This document shows positions 25,054-34,899 of a stretch of 37,228 bases of DNA, piece after piece. Where the stretch lies: positions 1 through 37,228 of the IMG/VR virus record IMGVR_UViG_3300044806_000242; one strand, written 5' to 3'. The stretch comes from a virus. Taxonomy: Duplodnaviria; Caudoviricetes. The stretch's first letter is position 1, and every line of letters starts with the position of its first letter. The notes beneath the pieces were generated by a model. The model was not told the origin of the DNA and searched no databases. It was given only the letters and a program-made list of their open reading frames with translations. Made by a program: the position numbers and the translations under genes.

Positions 25054-25905
25054 ATGTCACTGCCTGTCTACCTCACCTCAACGGAAGTCAAGCTCACAGT
25101 CGACCTGACTGATGGAGCAGGCAACGCCATCAACGCTAACACAGCTCAGTACAGAGTCCGAGATCAGGATGACGTGGAGCTTGTAGCGCTGACAGCCGTT
25201 CCCGATTTCATTGCGGGAGATCCACAGGCGGTCATCACCATTCCAGCGATCAAGAACGTCGTGGGTAGCGCCAACACCCGCGAGATCCGCTCAGTCGAGC
25301 TGATTTGCGTGACCGATGACTTCACTGTCTCGATCAATAAAAGCTACGCCATTGAGCTGAGTACGCCACTTGTGACTGGGGTGAACTCGTTCCAGTCATA
25401 CGACCAGGCGCTCCTGACCGCTCTGGACATGCCAAAGACCGACGCATGGGACTCAGCATCGGAAGATGAGAAGGTGGCCGCATTGATCGATGCACGCCGT
25501 CACATCATCCAGTTGAACTTCAACCTGCTGAACTCCAACGTGAACTTCGGCCAAGACTCCTTGCAGTACGTTCCAGAAGGCTCTTACGAGTCCAGCTACG
25601 TAGCTCGCAACAGCCTGTTCATCTTCAACGGCAACCTCGAGATCCTCAAGGCAGACCAGTTCGTGAAGTTGCCCGATCGCTTCAAGAAGTCGTTACGCCT
25701 GGCTCAAGTCGCTGAGGCCGATCACATCTTGGGCGGTAACACAATGGACAGCAAACGCCAGGGTGGAATCATCGAAGAGCGTATCGGCGAGTCCGCACAG
25801 AAATACCGCGATACCAAGCCAATCGAGTTGCCAGTCTGCCGCAGGGCTTTGAGCTACCTGAGTTACTACGTTTCATTCGCCAAGCGCGTTGGAAGAGCAG
25901 GGTAA
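25054..25905 (+). CDS. Head-tail adaptor (putative)
   Basis: G.NSF.S...A...W......KVAALI.A and EERIGES patterns; synteny. Confidence 0.65.
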   Translation: MSLPVYLTSTEVKLTVDLTDGAGNAINANTAQYRVRDQDDVELVALTAVPDFIAGDPQAVITIPAIKNVVGSANTREIRSVELICVTDDFTVSINKSYAIELSTPLVTGVNSFQSYDQALLTALDMPKTDAWDSASEDEKVAALIDARRHIIQLNFNLLNSNVNFGQDSLQYVPEGSYESSYVARNSLFIFNGNLEILKADQFVKLPDRFKKSLRLAQVAEADHILGGNTMDSKRQGGIIEERIGESAQKYRDTKPIELPVCRRALSYLSYYVSFAKRVGRAG

Positions 25906-26570
25906 TGGTCAACGAGTTTGCTGACCGCCTCAAGAGCGAGTACGAGCTGTACTTGTTCGCCTTGACGGGTCGTTACCTGTCAACGATGGCGCCTGGCATC
26001 GAAGTGACCCCATCGGTCGTCTCAGACTTCAAACGAGCCGCCGCACCCCTTCGATTGAGCTTTCTCGCAACTGCAAAGCAGACAATTGACGAATACACCA
26101 GCAAGAACCCATCAGAAACGGCCCAGACACGCGCCGCGACGCTCGAAGCTGACCTAGCTCGTATTTCGCTGGAAAACGTCTCTACGCTCGTTCTGGCGAT
26201 GAAGGGCTTACAGCAAGTCATGTTCGCCAGCATCAAGGATGCGGGTGGTGCAATGGGCCTTGCACTGCAAAAGAAACTCAGCAACCCCGAGTTCAAGGTG
26301 ACGAGCATGGGCGGTCGCAAGTACGCCGCACTCAGATACCTCTACACACAAGCCCGTCATTTCGCTTATTTGACTCAGATCGAGGCAAGACTGGCTCAAA
26401 TGGCCGCTGACTCTGACCTGGCTCAAGTGGCTTACTCAGACCCAGCTCATGCCGGTAACGGCACCCAATTCTCCATTTCAGGGACTACCAAGGGCTACCC
26501 AAGCTATGCGTCGCTGATCGATACCGTCTTTCATTACAACTCTTCAGCGATGGTGGCTTCTCATGTTTAA
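25905..26570 (+). CDS. Head morphogenesis / minor capsid-like protein
   Basis: GRKY and FHYNS (degenerate HPNC-like) motifs; synteny. Confidence 0.5.
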   Translation: MVNEFADRLKSEYELYLFALTGRYLSTMAPGIEVTPSVVSDFKRAAAPLRLSFLATAKQTIDEYTSKNPSETAQTRAATLEADLARISLENVSTLVLAMKGLQQVMFASIKDAGGAMGLALQKKLSNPEFKVTSMGGRKYAALRYLYTQARHFAYLTQIEARLAQMAADSDLAQVAYSDPAHAGNGTQFSISGTTKGYPSYASLIDTVFHYNSSAMVASHV

Positions 26571-26907
26571 ACCAAACCTCAACTGCACGATTCAGACCTC
26601 ATCGGGCAAGACGGATGTTTATGGTCAGCCGACATTGGGCGCCCGATACAACGAGCGCTGTGCCGTCGTGACACTCAATATCACTTCAGTTAAATCATCG
26701 GTTAGAGCAGATACCGCCGCATCCAACGGGAATGCGCGAGAGCTTCAATCAGATGCCAATATCCTTCTTACAGCGTCTACAAGGGCTGAAATTGATGATG
26801 TGATCGAACTTCAGGGTTTGAAGCTACTGATTATGTCCAAACTTCCTCGATTTAGCGTTGAAGGCGTTTTAGACCATTACGAAATCACCGCAAACGTTCG
26901 GAAATAA
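26563..26907 (+). CDS. Head-closure protein (putative)
   Basis: DVYGQP...G.LDHYE; size and synteny. Confidence 0.65.
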   Translation: MFKPNLNCTIQTSSGKTDVYGQPTLGARYNERCAVVTLNITSVKSSVRADTAASNGNARELQSDANILLTASTRAEIDDVIELQGLKLLIMSKLPRFSVEGVLDHYEITANVRK

Positions 26908-26909
26908 TC

Positions 26910-27293
26910 ATGGACTTGATACCTGTAGCTAACCGACTGGAATCCGCCGCATTGGGCGAGATGGGTAAGACGATCTTCGTTCATTTCATGCCGATCGATG
27001 TCACCGAAGGCATCCTTTTACGCAACCCGTTCAGCGGAACCCAGATCGACTATGAGCTACCTGGCTATTTCAAGACCCAGTTCACCGTGATCGTTCGAGT
27101 GCCAAGCTCCAAGATCGAGAATGGAATCGCTCTCATGAACGATGTAATGGCCGCATTGACCTTCTATGACGAGCAAGTCGAGGGTATGACGGTCAAGTAC
27201 TTTCGCCCTTGCCATAAGCCGCTGACCTATCAGGTATCAGACGGTGGCTACGTTGAAATGATGGTTCGCATCGACGCTGTATTCACGGAGTAA
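26910..27293 (+). CDS. Tail terminator (putative)
   Basis: IF...MP, F.VIVR; synteny. Confidence 0.6.
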   Translation: MDLIPVANRLESAALGEMGKTIFVHFMPIDVTEGILLRNPFSGTQIDYELPGYFKTQFTVIVRVPSSKIENGIALMNDVMAALTFYDEQVEGMTVKYFRPCHKPLTYQVSDGGYVEMMVRIDAVFTE

Positions 27294-27295
27294 TC

Positions 27296-27766
27296 GTGGG
27301 ACTCTCAGTCAGCGGAGTCGAGGAGCTGAAGTTCATCCTTCAGAAAGCCTCATCGGAAGCCCCAAAGCACATCTTTGAGCAAATGAAGCGCGAGGGCAAG
27401 AAGATGCAACAGCTCGCCAGAATGATGGCTCCCGTCGACATGGGCAACCTCGAGGACGCGATCACGCTGTCTACCGAAGGCGGTGGCCGTGACATGCGAG
27501 GCCGTTTCATGTCCAAAGTGGTGGCAGTCTTCATCGACATGAACCAGCCCGTACCAGAACGACCAGGCCATGTAGTTGGCGAATACGCCTACGAAATGCA
27601 CGAACACCTCACCCCAATGGGGCCAAAAAAGCTGGGCAAAAAATCCGTAGCCAAGCAATCTGGACAGAGCGAACAGGTCGGGGGTGGTTTCATGGAACGT
27701 GCCGCAGAGCAAATAGAGGCAGGTTTAATGTCAAGACTCATCGATATAGCCAGAACATACCTATAA
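27296..27766 (+). CDS. HK97 gp10-like tail completion protein
   Basis: V.G.EEL, APVD.GNL, YA...HE, FMERA. Confidence 0.8.
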   Translation: MGLSVSGVEELKFILQKASSEAPKHIFEQMKREGKKMQQLARMMAPVDMGNLEDAITLSTEGGGRDMRGRFMSKVVAVFIDMNQPVPERPGHVVGEYAYEMHEHLTPMGPKKLGKKSVAKQSGQSEQVGGGFMERAAEQIEAGLMSRLIDIARTYL

Positions 27767-27769
27767 ACC

Positions 27770-27827
27770 TAGACTTTTGCTTGGTTTTGTGTTACAGTCC
27801 TGCCACCGGAACAGTCATTAATGACAC
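27770..27827 (+). promoter_or_regulatory. Tail-tube promoter and operator
   Basis: TAGACT-17 nt-TACAGT; CAGTCATTAATGACAC at 27812. Confidence 0.6.
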
Positions 27828-27857
27828 AATAATCACCTCTTTGCAAAGGAGTTTCAC

Positions 27858-28724
27858 ATGGCTTCAGATACACGTAACGTCAAACTAGGCGTTTGTAAGG
27901 TTTTATTCGACGGCGTAGACTTGGGATACACCCAGGGCGGCGTTGAAGTTACAGTTAAGACAGATACCCGTAAAGTAAACGTCGATCAGTTCGGCAAGAC
28001 AACAATCAACGAATACATCCTCGGTCGTGACGTTATGGCTAAAGTACCTTTGGCTGAGACAACTTTGGACAACTTGGTTGCGATCATGCCTGGCGCATCG
28101 CTCGTAAGCACTGGTGGTACTGCCGCTACTGGTACTATCACAATTGCCACATTACCTACGACTGGTGACACAATCACAGTTAACGGTAAGACAATCACTT
28201 TCAAGACAACTGCCGCCGCCGCTGATGAAGTAACGATTGGTGCTACACCAGCCGCTACAGCGACAAACTTGGCAGCTGTATTGAATGCATCTACAGACGC
28301 TAAGATCGCCGCCGCCCAGTACGTTGCCGCAGCCGCAGTAGTAACAGTGACTTATGGCAATAGCATCAGCGATGGTAGTGGTAAAGGCGTTGAAGGTAAT
28401 TCATTCACATTAGCTACCGGCACTGCTGGCGTTAAAGTGACTGTATCTGGCGCAACCTTGTCTGGCGGTGCAGAGCCTACAGCCGAGTCCGTTTCTGTTA
28501 TTACAGCGATTGGTACTGACCTCTTGGCAACAGCGAAAGAATTGCGCTTGCATCCTTCAGCTAAGGCTGATGATGACAAGTCTGAGGACTTCGTTATTCC
28601 TTTGGCCGCTACATCAGGTGCCTTGAATTTCGCTTACAAGCTGGAAAGCGAGCGTATCTACAACGTTGAGTTCAATGGCTACCCAAATGCCGCAACAGGA
28701 CAGTTATTCACAGTGGGCGCATAA
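27858..28724 (+). CDS. Major tail tube protein with an inserted Thr/Ala-rich domain
   Basis: LG.C.V.F.G.DLGYT.GGV, VDQFG, LAETTL.NL; highly biased codon use. Confidence 0.85.
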   Translation: MASDTRNVKLGVCKVLFDGVDLGYTQGGVEVTVKTDTRKVNVDQFGKTTINEYILGRDVMAKVPLAETTLDNLVAIMPGASLVSTGGTAATGTITIATLPTTGDTITVNGKTITFKTTAAAADEVTIGATPAATATNLAAVLNASTDAKIAAAQYVAAAAVVTVTYGNSISDGSGKGVEGNSFTLATGTAGVKVTVSGATLSGGAEPTAESVSVITAIGTDLLATAKELRLHPSAKADDDKSEDFVIPLAATSGALNFAYKLESERIYNVEFNGYPNAATGQLFTVGA

Positions 28725-28729
28725 AATAG

Positions 28730-28788
28730 TTCACTACTGAGTAAAGTTGTAGTAGAATAGCCTCGCCTAGTGCGAGGCTTTTTCTTTT
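28730..28788 (+). terminator. Tail-tube terminator overlapped by a promoter
   Basis: TTCACT-17 nt-TAGAAT directly before AGCCTCGC-CTAGT-GCGAGGCT and a T run. Confidence 0.8.
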
Positions 28789-28807
28789 ATAGATAACAGG
28801 AGCAGAA

Positions 28808-29149
28808 ATGACGAAATTATTGAATCTCAATCAATTGAGTGCCAAGGAGACGCGACAAGTTCAGATCGGTGAGTCCAACTACACGATCAAGGAAATGTCG
28901 GTAGAAGACTTTATCGAAACAACCCGTGTAGCGGAATCGCTCGAAAACGAGATGAGCTATGCGAAGCAGTTACAGGCAACGGTACAGCTTATCAAGCGTG
29001 CCATTCCCAAGATTGAAGAGAGCGTTCTGTTGAACTTGTCTCTCGATCAGTTGAAAGCGCTGACAGGATTCATTCGCGGGGAAGATCCCGCAACATTGAT
29101 GGGTGATAAACCCGAAGAGCAGAAGGTAGACGAGCAGGGAAACGCTTAG
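28808..29149 (+). CDS. Tail assembly chaperone (gpG-like)
   Basis: Lies between tail tube and tape measure; slippery G GGA AAC at 29137-29143. Confidence 0.85.
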   Translation: MTKLLNLNQLSAKETRQVQIGESNYTIKEMSVEDFIETTRVAESLENEMSYAKQLQATVQLIKRAIPKIEESVLLNLSLDQLKALTGFIRGEDPATLMGDKPEEQKVDEQGNA

Positions 29150-29472
29150 AGGGCTTGCCGGACAGGGAGATCGACTTTGGTTTCCTGTTCAGCCAGCTCT
29201 GCCACTTCTACTCGATGTCGTTCCAGGAAGTCTTGAACATGCCCGTCAAGACATTCTGGCTGATGAGCGCCAATATACGCCGTATTAGAGCGGAGTCGGA
29301 TTTACGTAGTTTAATGATTGCGGGAATCTCACAAAGTTCTGAAGGCATGAAAGATTATCAAGAGAAACTTATACTCGAAATGGGAGTAATTGTTAAAGCC
29401 CCAATCGGCGCCGATATTGAGCGAGACGAGGCTGGGTTCGCAGATTTGAAAGCTATGGCGCAAGCCATGTAA
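29137..29472 (+). CDS. Tail chaperone gpT-like extension made by -1 frameshift
   Basis: The -1 frame is open from GGGAAAC into ORF 29155..29472. Confidence 0.8.
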   Translation, partial: GKRLEGLPDREIDFGFLFSQLCHFYSMSFQEVLNMPVKTFWLMSANIRRIRAESDLRSLMIAGISQSSEGMKDYQEKLILEMGVIVKAPIGADIERDEAGFADLKAMAQAM

Positions 29473-29483
29473 AGGACAAGGTT

Positions 29484-32400
29484 ATGGTAGGCGGCGAAAT
29501 CAAAGTTGTAATGACGCTTGATGATGGCGACTTTTCAGTAAAGACCATCAAAAACGGCAACATCATCAACGAGATGAAGCGTTCGCTCGACCAGACCGCG
29601 ACCTCTACAAAGAACCTAGAAAACCACTTCACAGGACTAGGCAAGACATTCCAAAGCACAGTGTTCACGCTGTCGCTTGTTCGCTTCGCCCTCACTGACA
29701 TTCACGACATCTTCTTAGCATTGCCTTCAGCCATTCTGAAGAGCGCGGGTGAGATGGAGCGTATGACAAAGCTCATGGAAGGCATGAGTAAAGCGACCGA
29801 CGATTACTCACGGAAAGCGGAAGCTGCATCTAGCGTCAAGTACATATTCAACCTGGCGCAGAACGCTCCATTCGAAGTTAAAGCCTTAACTGACGCCTTC
29901 GTGAAGATGAAGTCTGGCGGCATTGATCCATTAGCGATTGGTATGCAAGCCTTGACCGACTCTGTAGCTAAATTTGGTGGGACAAGCGACACCTTGCACC
30001 GAGCCTCTATTGCGATTCAGCAGATGGCGGGCAAGGGCGTGATCTCGATGGAAGAGTTACGTCAGCAGTTAGGTGAGGCAGTTCCAAACGCTATCAACCT
30101 GATGGCAGAGGGAGCTGGCATGTCTACTGCCAAGTTCGCCAAACTGGTAAGCACAGGTGTGGTAGAGGCCACAGGCGCCTTGAATAACATGTTTGCCGCA
30201 ATGATCGTAGAAAACTATGGTGCCGCATCATCAATGATGGACACCTGGACTGGCATGCTGGCTCTATTGAAGACAAAGTTCGAGCTGTTCAAGATCAACA
30301 TCGCGGGAGATGAAAAGACAGACTTCTTTGCAGAAGCAAAAGCCAGCCTAAAAGAATTGATCGAAGCGTTTGACGGCATGACATCGAAGTCTCTAGCATA
30401 CGACATGGGGCAGGCGCTCGCAAGCATTGTTAGAGCCTTGAGAGAGGTAATCAACTTCACGAGAGAGTGGTGGGACAGTATCAAGCTGGCGGGTGAAGCA
30501 TTCCTTGTTTACTTTGCGGTAGACAAGATCATGGTATTCACGGAGGCGTTCCGTAAATTCACAATGGATCGCATCGCTCTGTACAAGAAGGAAATTGCCG
30601 ATCAAGAGTCTGCGAAAACCGACAAGCTACGACTCATCATGGCGGAGATCGCGGCCGAGGAAGGGGCTTTTGTAAGAAACCAAGCCATCATCGCTAAAGA
30701 AGCTGATGCACAAGCCGCCGCTGCCGCAAAAGAGGCAGCCGCTTCCGCTACCAAGCTAGAAAAGCAACGGGCCGCCTTGGCCAAAGAGCTGGCAGATCGT
30801 GTAGCGCACTACCAAGAGTTAAACACTATTCAGCAACAATTCCTGGCACAGCAAATGGCTGCCGAGTTGCAAGCTGAAGCACAGTTACGCCGTAAGAAAG
30901 CTGGCTCCGCAGCCGCAGCCGCAGCCGCAAATGCAGAAGCAATGCGGATTGCAAATAACTCTGCCATATTAGCCACAACAGTAAACTCTACGAAGGCTGA
31001 AATTGAGGCACTAAAAGCAAAAGAAACTGCATTATTGGCCGCAATCGCCGCGACTCGCAATCACACGGTTGCAAACACGGCTGACGCCGCCGTAAGCGCT
31101 CTAACGGCAGAACACTTTAAGAAGACGACAATCTTACTAGACCAAAAAGCAGCCGCTTCCACCGCCGCCGCATTGTCAGTCGGCATGCTCACTCGCGCGA
31201 TGACGGCTGCCAATCTGGTATTTCAAGCGTTTGGTGGCTGGGTTGGAGTAGCTATTGCCGCATTGACATATCTCGGACAGAAACTCTACGACTTCTTAAA
31301 GAGCTGGGAAAAAGCCGAAGAGGTATCGAAGAAGATCAGAAAGGGAATTGCAGCCTCAACGGATGAAGAAACGCTAAAGCCGAAGGTAGCGGCGTTGGAT
31401 ACAAGAATAGCTAGAGATGAGAAGTTCTTTGCCAAGACCGCACGACCACAGGATGTACCAGAGGGTACTGACCCAGCTACGAAACGAATATTTCAACAGG
31501 CTCAAAAAGAATACGACGACCGCAAGAAGCAGTATGAGGCGGATATTGCTCTACGCAAAAAATACGTTGACGACATTTCAGAGTCAAAGCGCCTTCTGCA
31601 AAAAGAAGACGACGACTCAGACGCTAGAGCATATAGAGCCAGAACAGTAGATGCCATCAAAGCAAGCGTGCAAGAGCAAAATGCTCAGCTAGATGCGCTA
31701 CGCAAGCAAAAGCAAGACATAGAAGATGAGTTGAAAGGGCGTGGAGCTACCGGCGATCAGGTAGAGAAAGCGACAAAAGACCTTAAAGACAAAATATCAG
31801 CAAAGACTAAAGAATCTATCCTGATTCAATCAAATATGCTCAAGGCAGAGCAGGACAGATTAAATGCATTGCTGAAGACAGCGGCAGACGGTGAGAAAGG
31901 CAAAATCTCAGCGATGCTGGAGGAGATAACCAATGAACGCACTGGTTTAGCTAGTCAGTGGAATAACTACAAAGAGGCCGCTAAAGACTTTGGCACCTTA
32001 AAGGTAGCGAAGAAAGATAAGAACGAGACCGCAGAAGACCCGCTGATTCGCGCAATTCAGGATATTGCGGGACAAGTTCAGTCAGCCAAGCTGAAGCTCC
32101 AGTCCACCATTCAGGAAGTTCGCGGCTTTGACCAGATGAAGAACGAGGCGTTCGCAAGTGTCTTGGGTGACATGGCCAGCGGAAGGTTCGACTCGAGCGC
32201 TGGTAAAGACGGCGATGGCACAGTACGCCGCAACTACATGGGTGGCTTGCAAGAGCGTAAGAAGTACGTAGAGGAGTTTGCGGCTTACTTGAAGTCAGGC
32301 GGGACAGATATTGACACTTTCGCAAGGTCGCTTAAAGGCTTGTCCGACACTGAGCGTGAGCGTTTGGTTATGTTGGCTTCTCAGAAAGCCTTCATTGCTG

Positions 32401-33851
32401 ACCTGACTCAAAACCAGAAGGCGCTGACAGACGCACAGCAACGCGCCGTTCAGTCCCAGACTGATCTGACAGTTGCACAAGACAGGTTCAACAACCAAGG
32501 CTTGAGCACTACCGATACCGCCTTCCGAAACATGATTAAGCATTTCGATGCTTTAGGCGCTCGTCTCAAGTCAGCAAGTGCCGACTTTGAAGAGTTCAGG
32601 AAGAAACGCGCTGAAGCGCTTGGTAACGTCGCTATCGCCTCATCGCTGAACTTCGCTTCAGACGAGATGGAGAAGATGCGTACAGCTCAGGCTGAGTACA
32701 TCAAGGCCACAGCGACAGTCAGTCAATACAAAGAATACGCTCACCGCGAGGAGTTACGTCGTATCAACCTCGAGGCCGACACTCAACTCGACCGGTTGGA
32801 AGAGTTAGCGGCAAAAGAACAAGAAGGAACAAAGGAAAAGATACGTTTAGAGAATGCAATTCTGAGTGTTCAAGCTACTCGTAGCGACGCTCAGGATCGC
32901 GCACAAGTTCAGTACACCATTGCCACAATGACCGAGCTACAGAAGCTCAAGCGAGTTTGGCAAGACACCACAGAGCAGATGAATCGTGTTACAGCTCAAT
33001 GGGGTCAGAACATCATCGACAATATTGCTCAGGCCACTACGGGCGGAACAGCCGACTTCAAGCAGATGGCTCGTAATATGGCGATGGATATGTACAAGAT
33101 TTCATTGCAGAAAACCCTTGCAGTTCCAATCACAGGCGCTCTTGACGGTATCAGCTCGATGATGGGCGGATTAATGGGTGGCGGTGGTGCCACAACTGGC
33201 GAAAAAGGAACTTTGACCAACCCGATGATTACGAAGGATGTTGGGGCGGCTGGTGAGGACATCAAGACTAAGAGCAAAGAAATGTTCGAAGAGGTTAAAG
33301 AAAAGCTCTCAACCGTTTGGGACGATCTGAAATCTGGGCTTCAAGGAATGTGGGACTCATTGGGCGAGTTCGGCACGAGCATGTTAGAGGGCTTAGGCGA
33401 AGGTCTCAGCGGAATGCTGGACAGTGTAATGGGTATGTTTAGTGGTGGCGGTGGTGGCGGTGGTGATTACACCTCATTGATCGCTTCATTCTTCGCTGAC
33501 GGCGGAATAATGACAGGCAGTGGCTCATTGGATCTCGTGAAGTACGCAGGCGGTGGTGTAGCTACTCGTCCGCAACTTGCTATGTTCGGTGAAGGCTCGA
33601 TGCCAGAAGCGTATGTACCGTTGCCTGATGGTCGCTCAATCCCCGTATCGTTTACTGGCAATACAAACACTACGAACTCTGGCGGTAACGTTGTTTCAAT
33701 CAGCATCAACATTGCACAAGACGGCTCGTCTTCTTCGAAAGATGCGGGAAGCGGCGAAGCAGAATGGTACGACTTGGCTAACCGAGTTAAGGGTGTGGTT
33801 ATGGAGCAGTTGGTTACTCAGCAACGCCCTGGCGGTGTGCTGTATAAATAA
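29484..33851 (+). CDS. Tape measure protein
   Basis: 1455 aa, Ala-rich helical; APF, QMAGKG.ISMEELRQQLGE, C-terminal FADGG...GE...EA..PL and QQRPGG.L. Confidence 0.96.
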   Translation: MVGGEIKVVMTLDDGDFSVKTIKNGNIINEMKRSLDQTATSTKNLENHFTGLGKTFQSTVFTLSLVRFALTDIHDIFLALPSAILKSAGEMERMTKLMEGMSKATDDYSRKAEAASSVKYIFNLAQNAPFEVKALTDAFVKMKSGGIDPLAIGMQALTDSVAKFGGTSDTLHRASIAIQQMAGKGVISMEELRQQLGEAVPNAINLMAEGAGMSTAKFAKLVSTGVVEATGALNNMFAAMIVENYGAASSMMDTWTGMLALLKTKFELFKINIAGDEKTDFFAEAKASLKELIEAFDGMTSKSLAYDMGQALASIVRALREVINFTREWWDSIKLAGEAFLVYFAVDKIMVFTEAFRKFTMDRIALYKKEIADQESAKTDKLRLIMAEIAAEEGAFVRNQAIIAKEADAQAAAAAKEAAASATKLEKQRAALAKELADRVAHYQELNTIQQQFLAQQMAAELQAEAQLRRKKAGSAAAAAAANAEAMRIANNSAILATTVNSTKAEIEALKAKETALLAAIAATRNHTVANTADAAVSALTAEHFKKTTILLDQKAAASTAAALSVGMLTRAMTAANLVFQAFGGWVGVAIAALTYLGQKLYDFLKSWEKAEEVSKKIRKGIAASTDEETLKPKVAALDTRIARDEKFFAKTARPQDVPEGTDPATKRIFQQAQKEYDDRKKQYEADIALRKKYVDDISESKRLLQKEDDDSDARAYRARTVDAIKASVQEQNAQLDALRKQKQDIEDELKGRGATGDQVEKATKDLKDKISAKTKESILIQSNMLKAEQDRLNALLKTAADGEKGKISAMLEEITNERTGLASQWNNYKEAAKDFGTLKVAKKDKNETAEDPLIRAIQDIAGQVQSAKLKLQSTIQEVRGFDQMKNEAFASVLGDMASGRFDSSAGKDGDGTVRRNYMGGLQERKKYVEEFAAYLKSGGTDIDTFARSLKGLSDTERERLVMLASQKAFIADLTQNQKALTDAQQRAVQSQTDLTVAQDRFNNQGLSTTDTAFRNMIKHFDALGARLKSASADFEEFRKKRAEALGNVAIASSLNFASDEMEKMRTAQAEYIKATATVSQYKEYAHREELRRINLEADTQLDRLEELAAKEQEGTKEKIRLENAILSVQATRSDAQDRAQVQYTIATMTELQKLKRVWQDTTEQMNRVTAQWGQNIIDNIAQATTGGTADFKQMARNMAMDMYKISLQKTLAVPITGALDGISSMMGGLMGGGGATTGEKGTLTNPMITKDVGAAGEDIKTKSKEMFEEVKEKLSTVWDDLKSGLQGMWDSLGEFGTSMLEGLGEGLSGMLDSVMGMFSGGGGGGGDYTSLIASFFADGGIMTGSGSLDLVKYAGGGVATRPQLAMFGEGSMPEAYVPLPDGRSIPVSFTGNTNTTNSGGNVVSISINIAQDGSSSSKDAGSGEAEWYDLANRVKGVVMEQLVTQQRPGGVLYK

Positions 33852-33868
33852 GTCATCAATGAGGAACT

Positions 33869-34204
33869 ATGACACGCGAAACCTTTAACTACAGACCCGA
33901 ATGGGATTCAACTCTTTCCGAAGAGCCAAACGTCACATCGACCAAGTTCGGTGATGGCTACGAGGCACGCACGCCTCGAGGAATCAACAACCGCGCTGAG
34001 GTATGGAGCTTGACGTTCTCAGCGACGAGTAATGCTGTTCCTGAAATCTTAACCTTTCTCCGTGATAGAGGCGGCGTCACCGCGTTCTATTGGGCTAACC
34101 CGTTCGGCATCACGAATCTCTATATTTGCCGTAAGTGGAAAATGAGTAGAAAAGCTGGTATGCAAGTACTAACAATGGATTTTGAACAGGTATTCGAAGT
34201 CTAA
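33869..34204 (+). CDS. Distal tail protein, lambda gpM-like
   Basis: KFGDGYE.R...GIN, FL...GGV.AF.W, FEQV. Confidence 0.93.
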   Translation: MTRETFNYRPEWDSTLSEEPNVTSTKFGDGYEARTPRGINNRAEVWSLTFSATSNAVPEILTFLRDRGGVTAFYWANPFGITNLYICRKWKMSRKAGMQVLTMDFEQVFEV

Positions 34205-34899
34205 TGACGATCAAAGCCGAAATACAACTTCTTGAACAGTCAGCTCTGATAGAGCTGTTCATCCTAGACAGCACCAATCTGCCAGGCGGCGGCATCACGC
34301 GCTTTCACGCAGGCACGAACAAGCTGTTACAGCCCGTTGTTTGGCAAGGTCAGACATACGAGCCTTTGCCCATCGAGGCAAGCGGCTTCGATATGACAAC
34401 GCAAGGGGCGACACCGAGGCCAAAGGTGAAGATCGTCAACATCAACGGTCTTTTATCAGCTCAGGTTAAGCAGTTTGATGACTTCGTAGGGTGCAAACTG
34501 ACCCGCAAGCGCACGTTTGCAAAGTATCTCGACGCGGTCAACTTTCCTAGCTCCACCAATCCCACCGCAGATCCCAACCAATTCATTGCTGACGACATTT
34601 GGTACGTGGAGCGGAAGGTCTCGGAGAATCGACACATCATCGAGTTCGAGCTTTCATCGGCATTCGACCTGATGGGTGTTTTGTTGCCAAATCGGCAGAT
34701 CATTCAGAACTCTTGTCCTTGGAAGTACAGGGGAGCCGAATGTGGATATGCAGGCGGGTATTACAACGTCAACAACGCCACGACATCGGTACAGGCTGAC
34801 GATATATGTGCAAAGACCCTTACAGCATGCAAGGTTCGGTTCGGCACAAGTGCTGTTCGCTTTGGCGGATTCCCAGGAGCAGTAAGGAATGCACGATAG
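34204..34899 (+). CDS. Tail tip protein, lambda gpL-like
   Basis: VWQG..Y...PIE..GF; Fe-S cysteines CPWKYRGAECGY...C...C..RFG. Confidence 0.95.
   Translation: MTIKAEIQLLEQSALIELFILDSTNLPGGGITRFHAGTNKLLQPVVWQGQTYEPLPIEASGFDMTTQGATPRPKVKIVNINGLLSAQVKQFDDFVGCKLTRKRTFAKYLDAVNFPSSTNPTADPNQFIADDIWYVERKVSENRHIIEFELSSAFDLMGVLLPNRQIIQNSCPWKYRGAECGYAGGYYNVNNATTSVQADDICAKTLTACKVRFGTSAVRFGGFPGAVRNAR

Noticed and set aside
22427-33712. Numerous antisense ORFs in structural genes
   Set aside because: Shadow frames of well-supported + strand genes with biased codon use.
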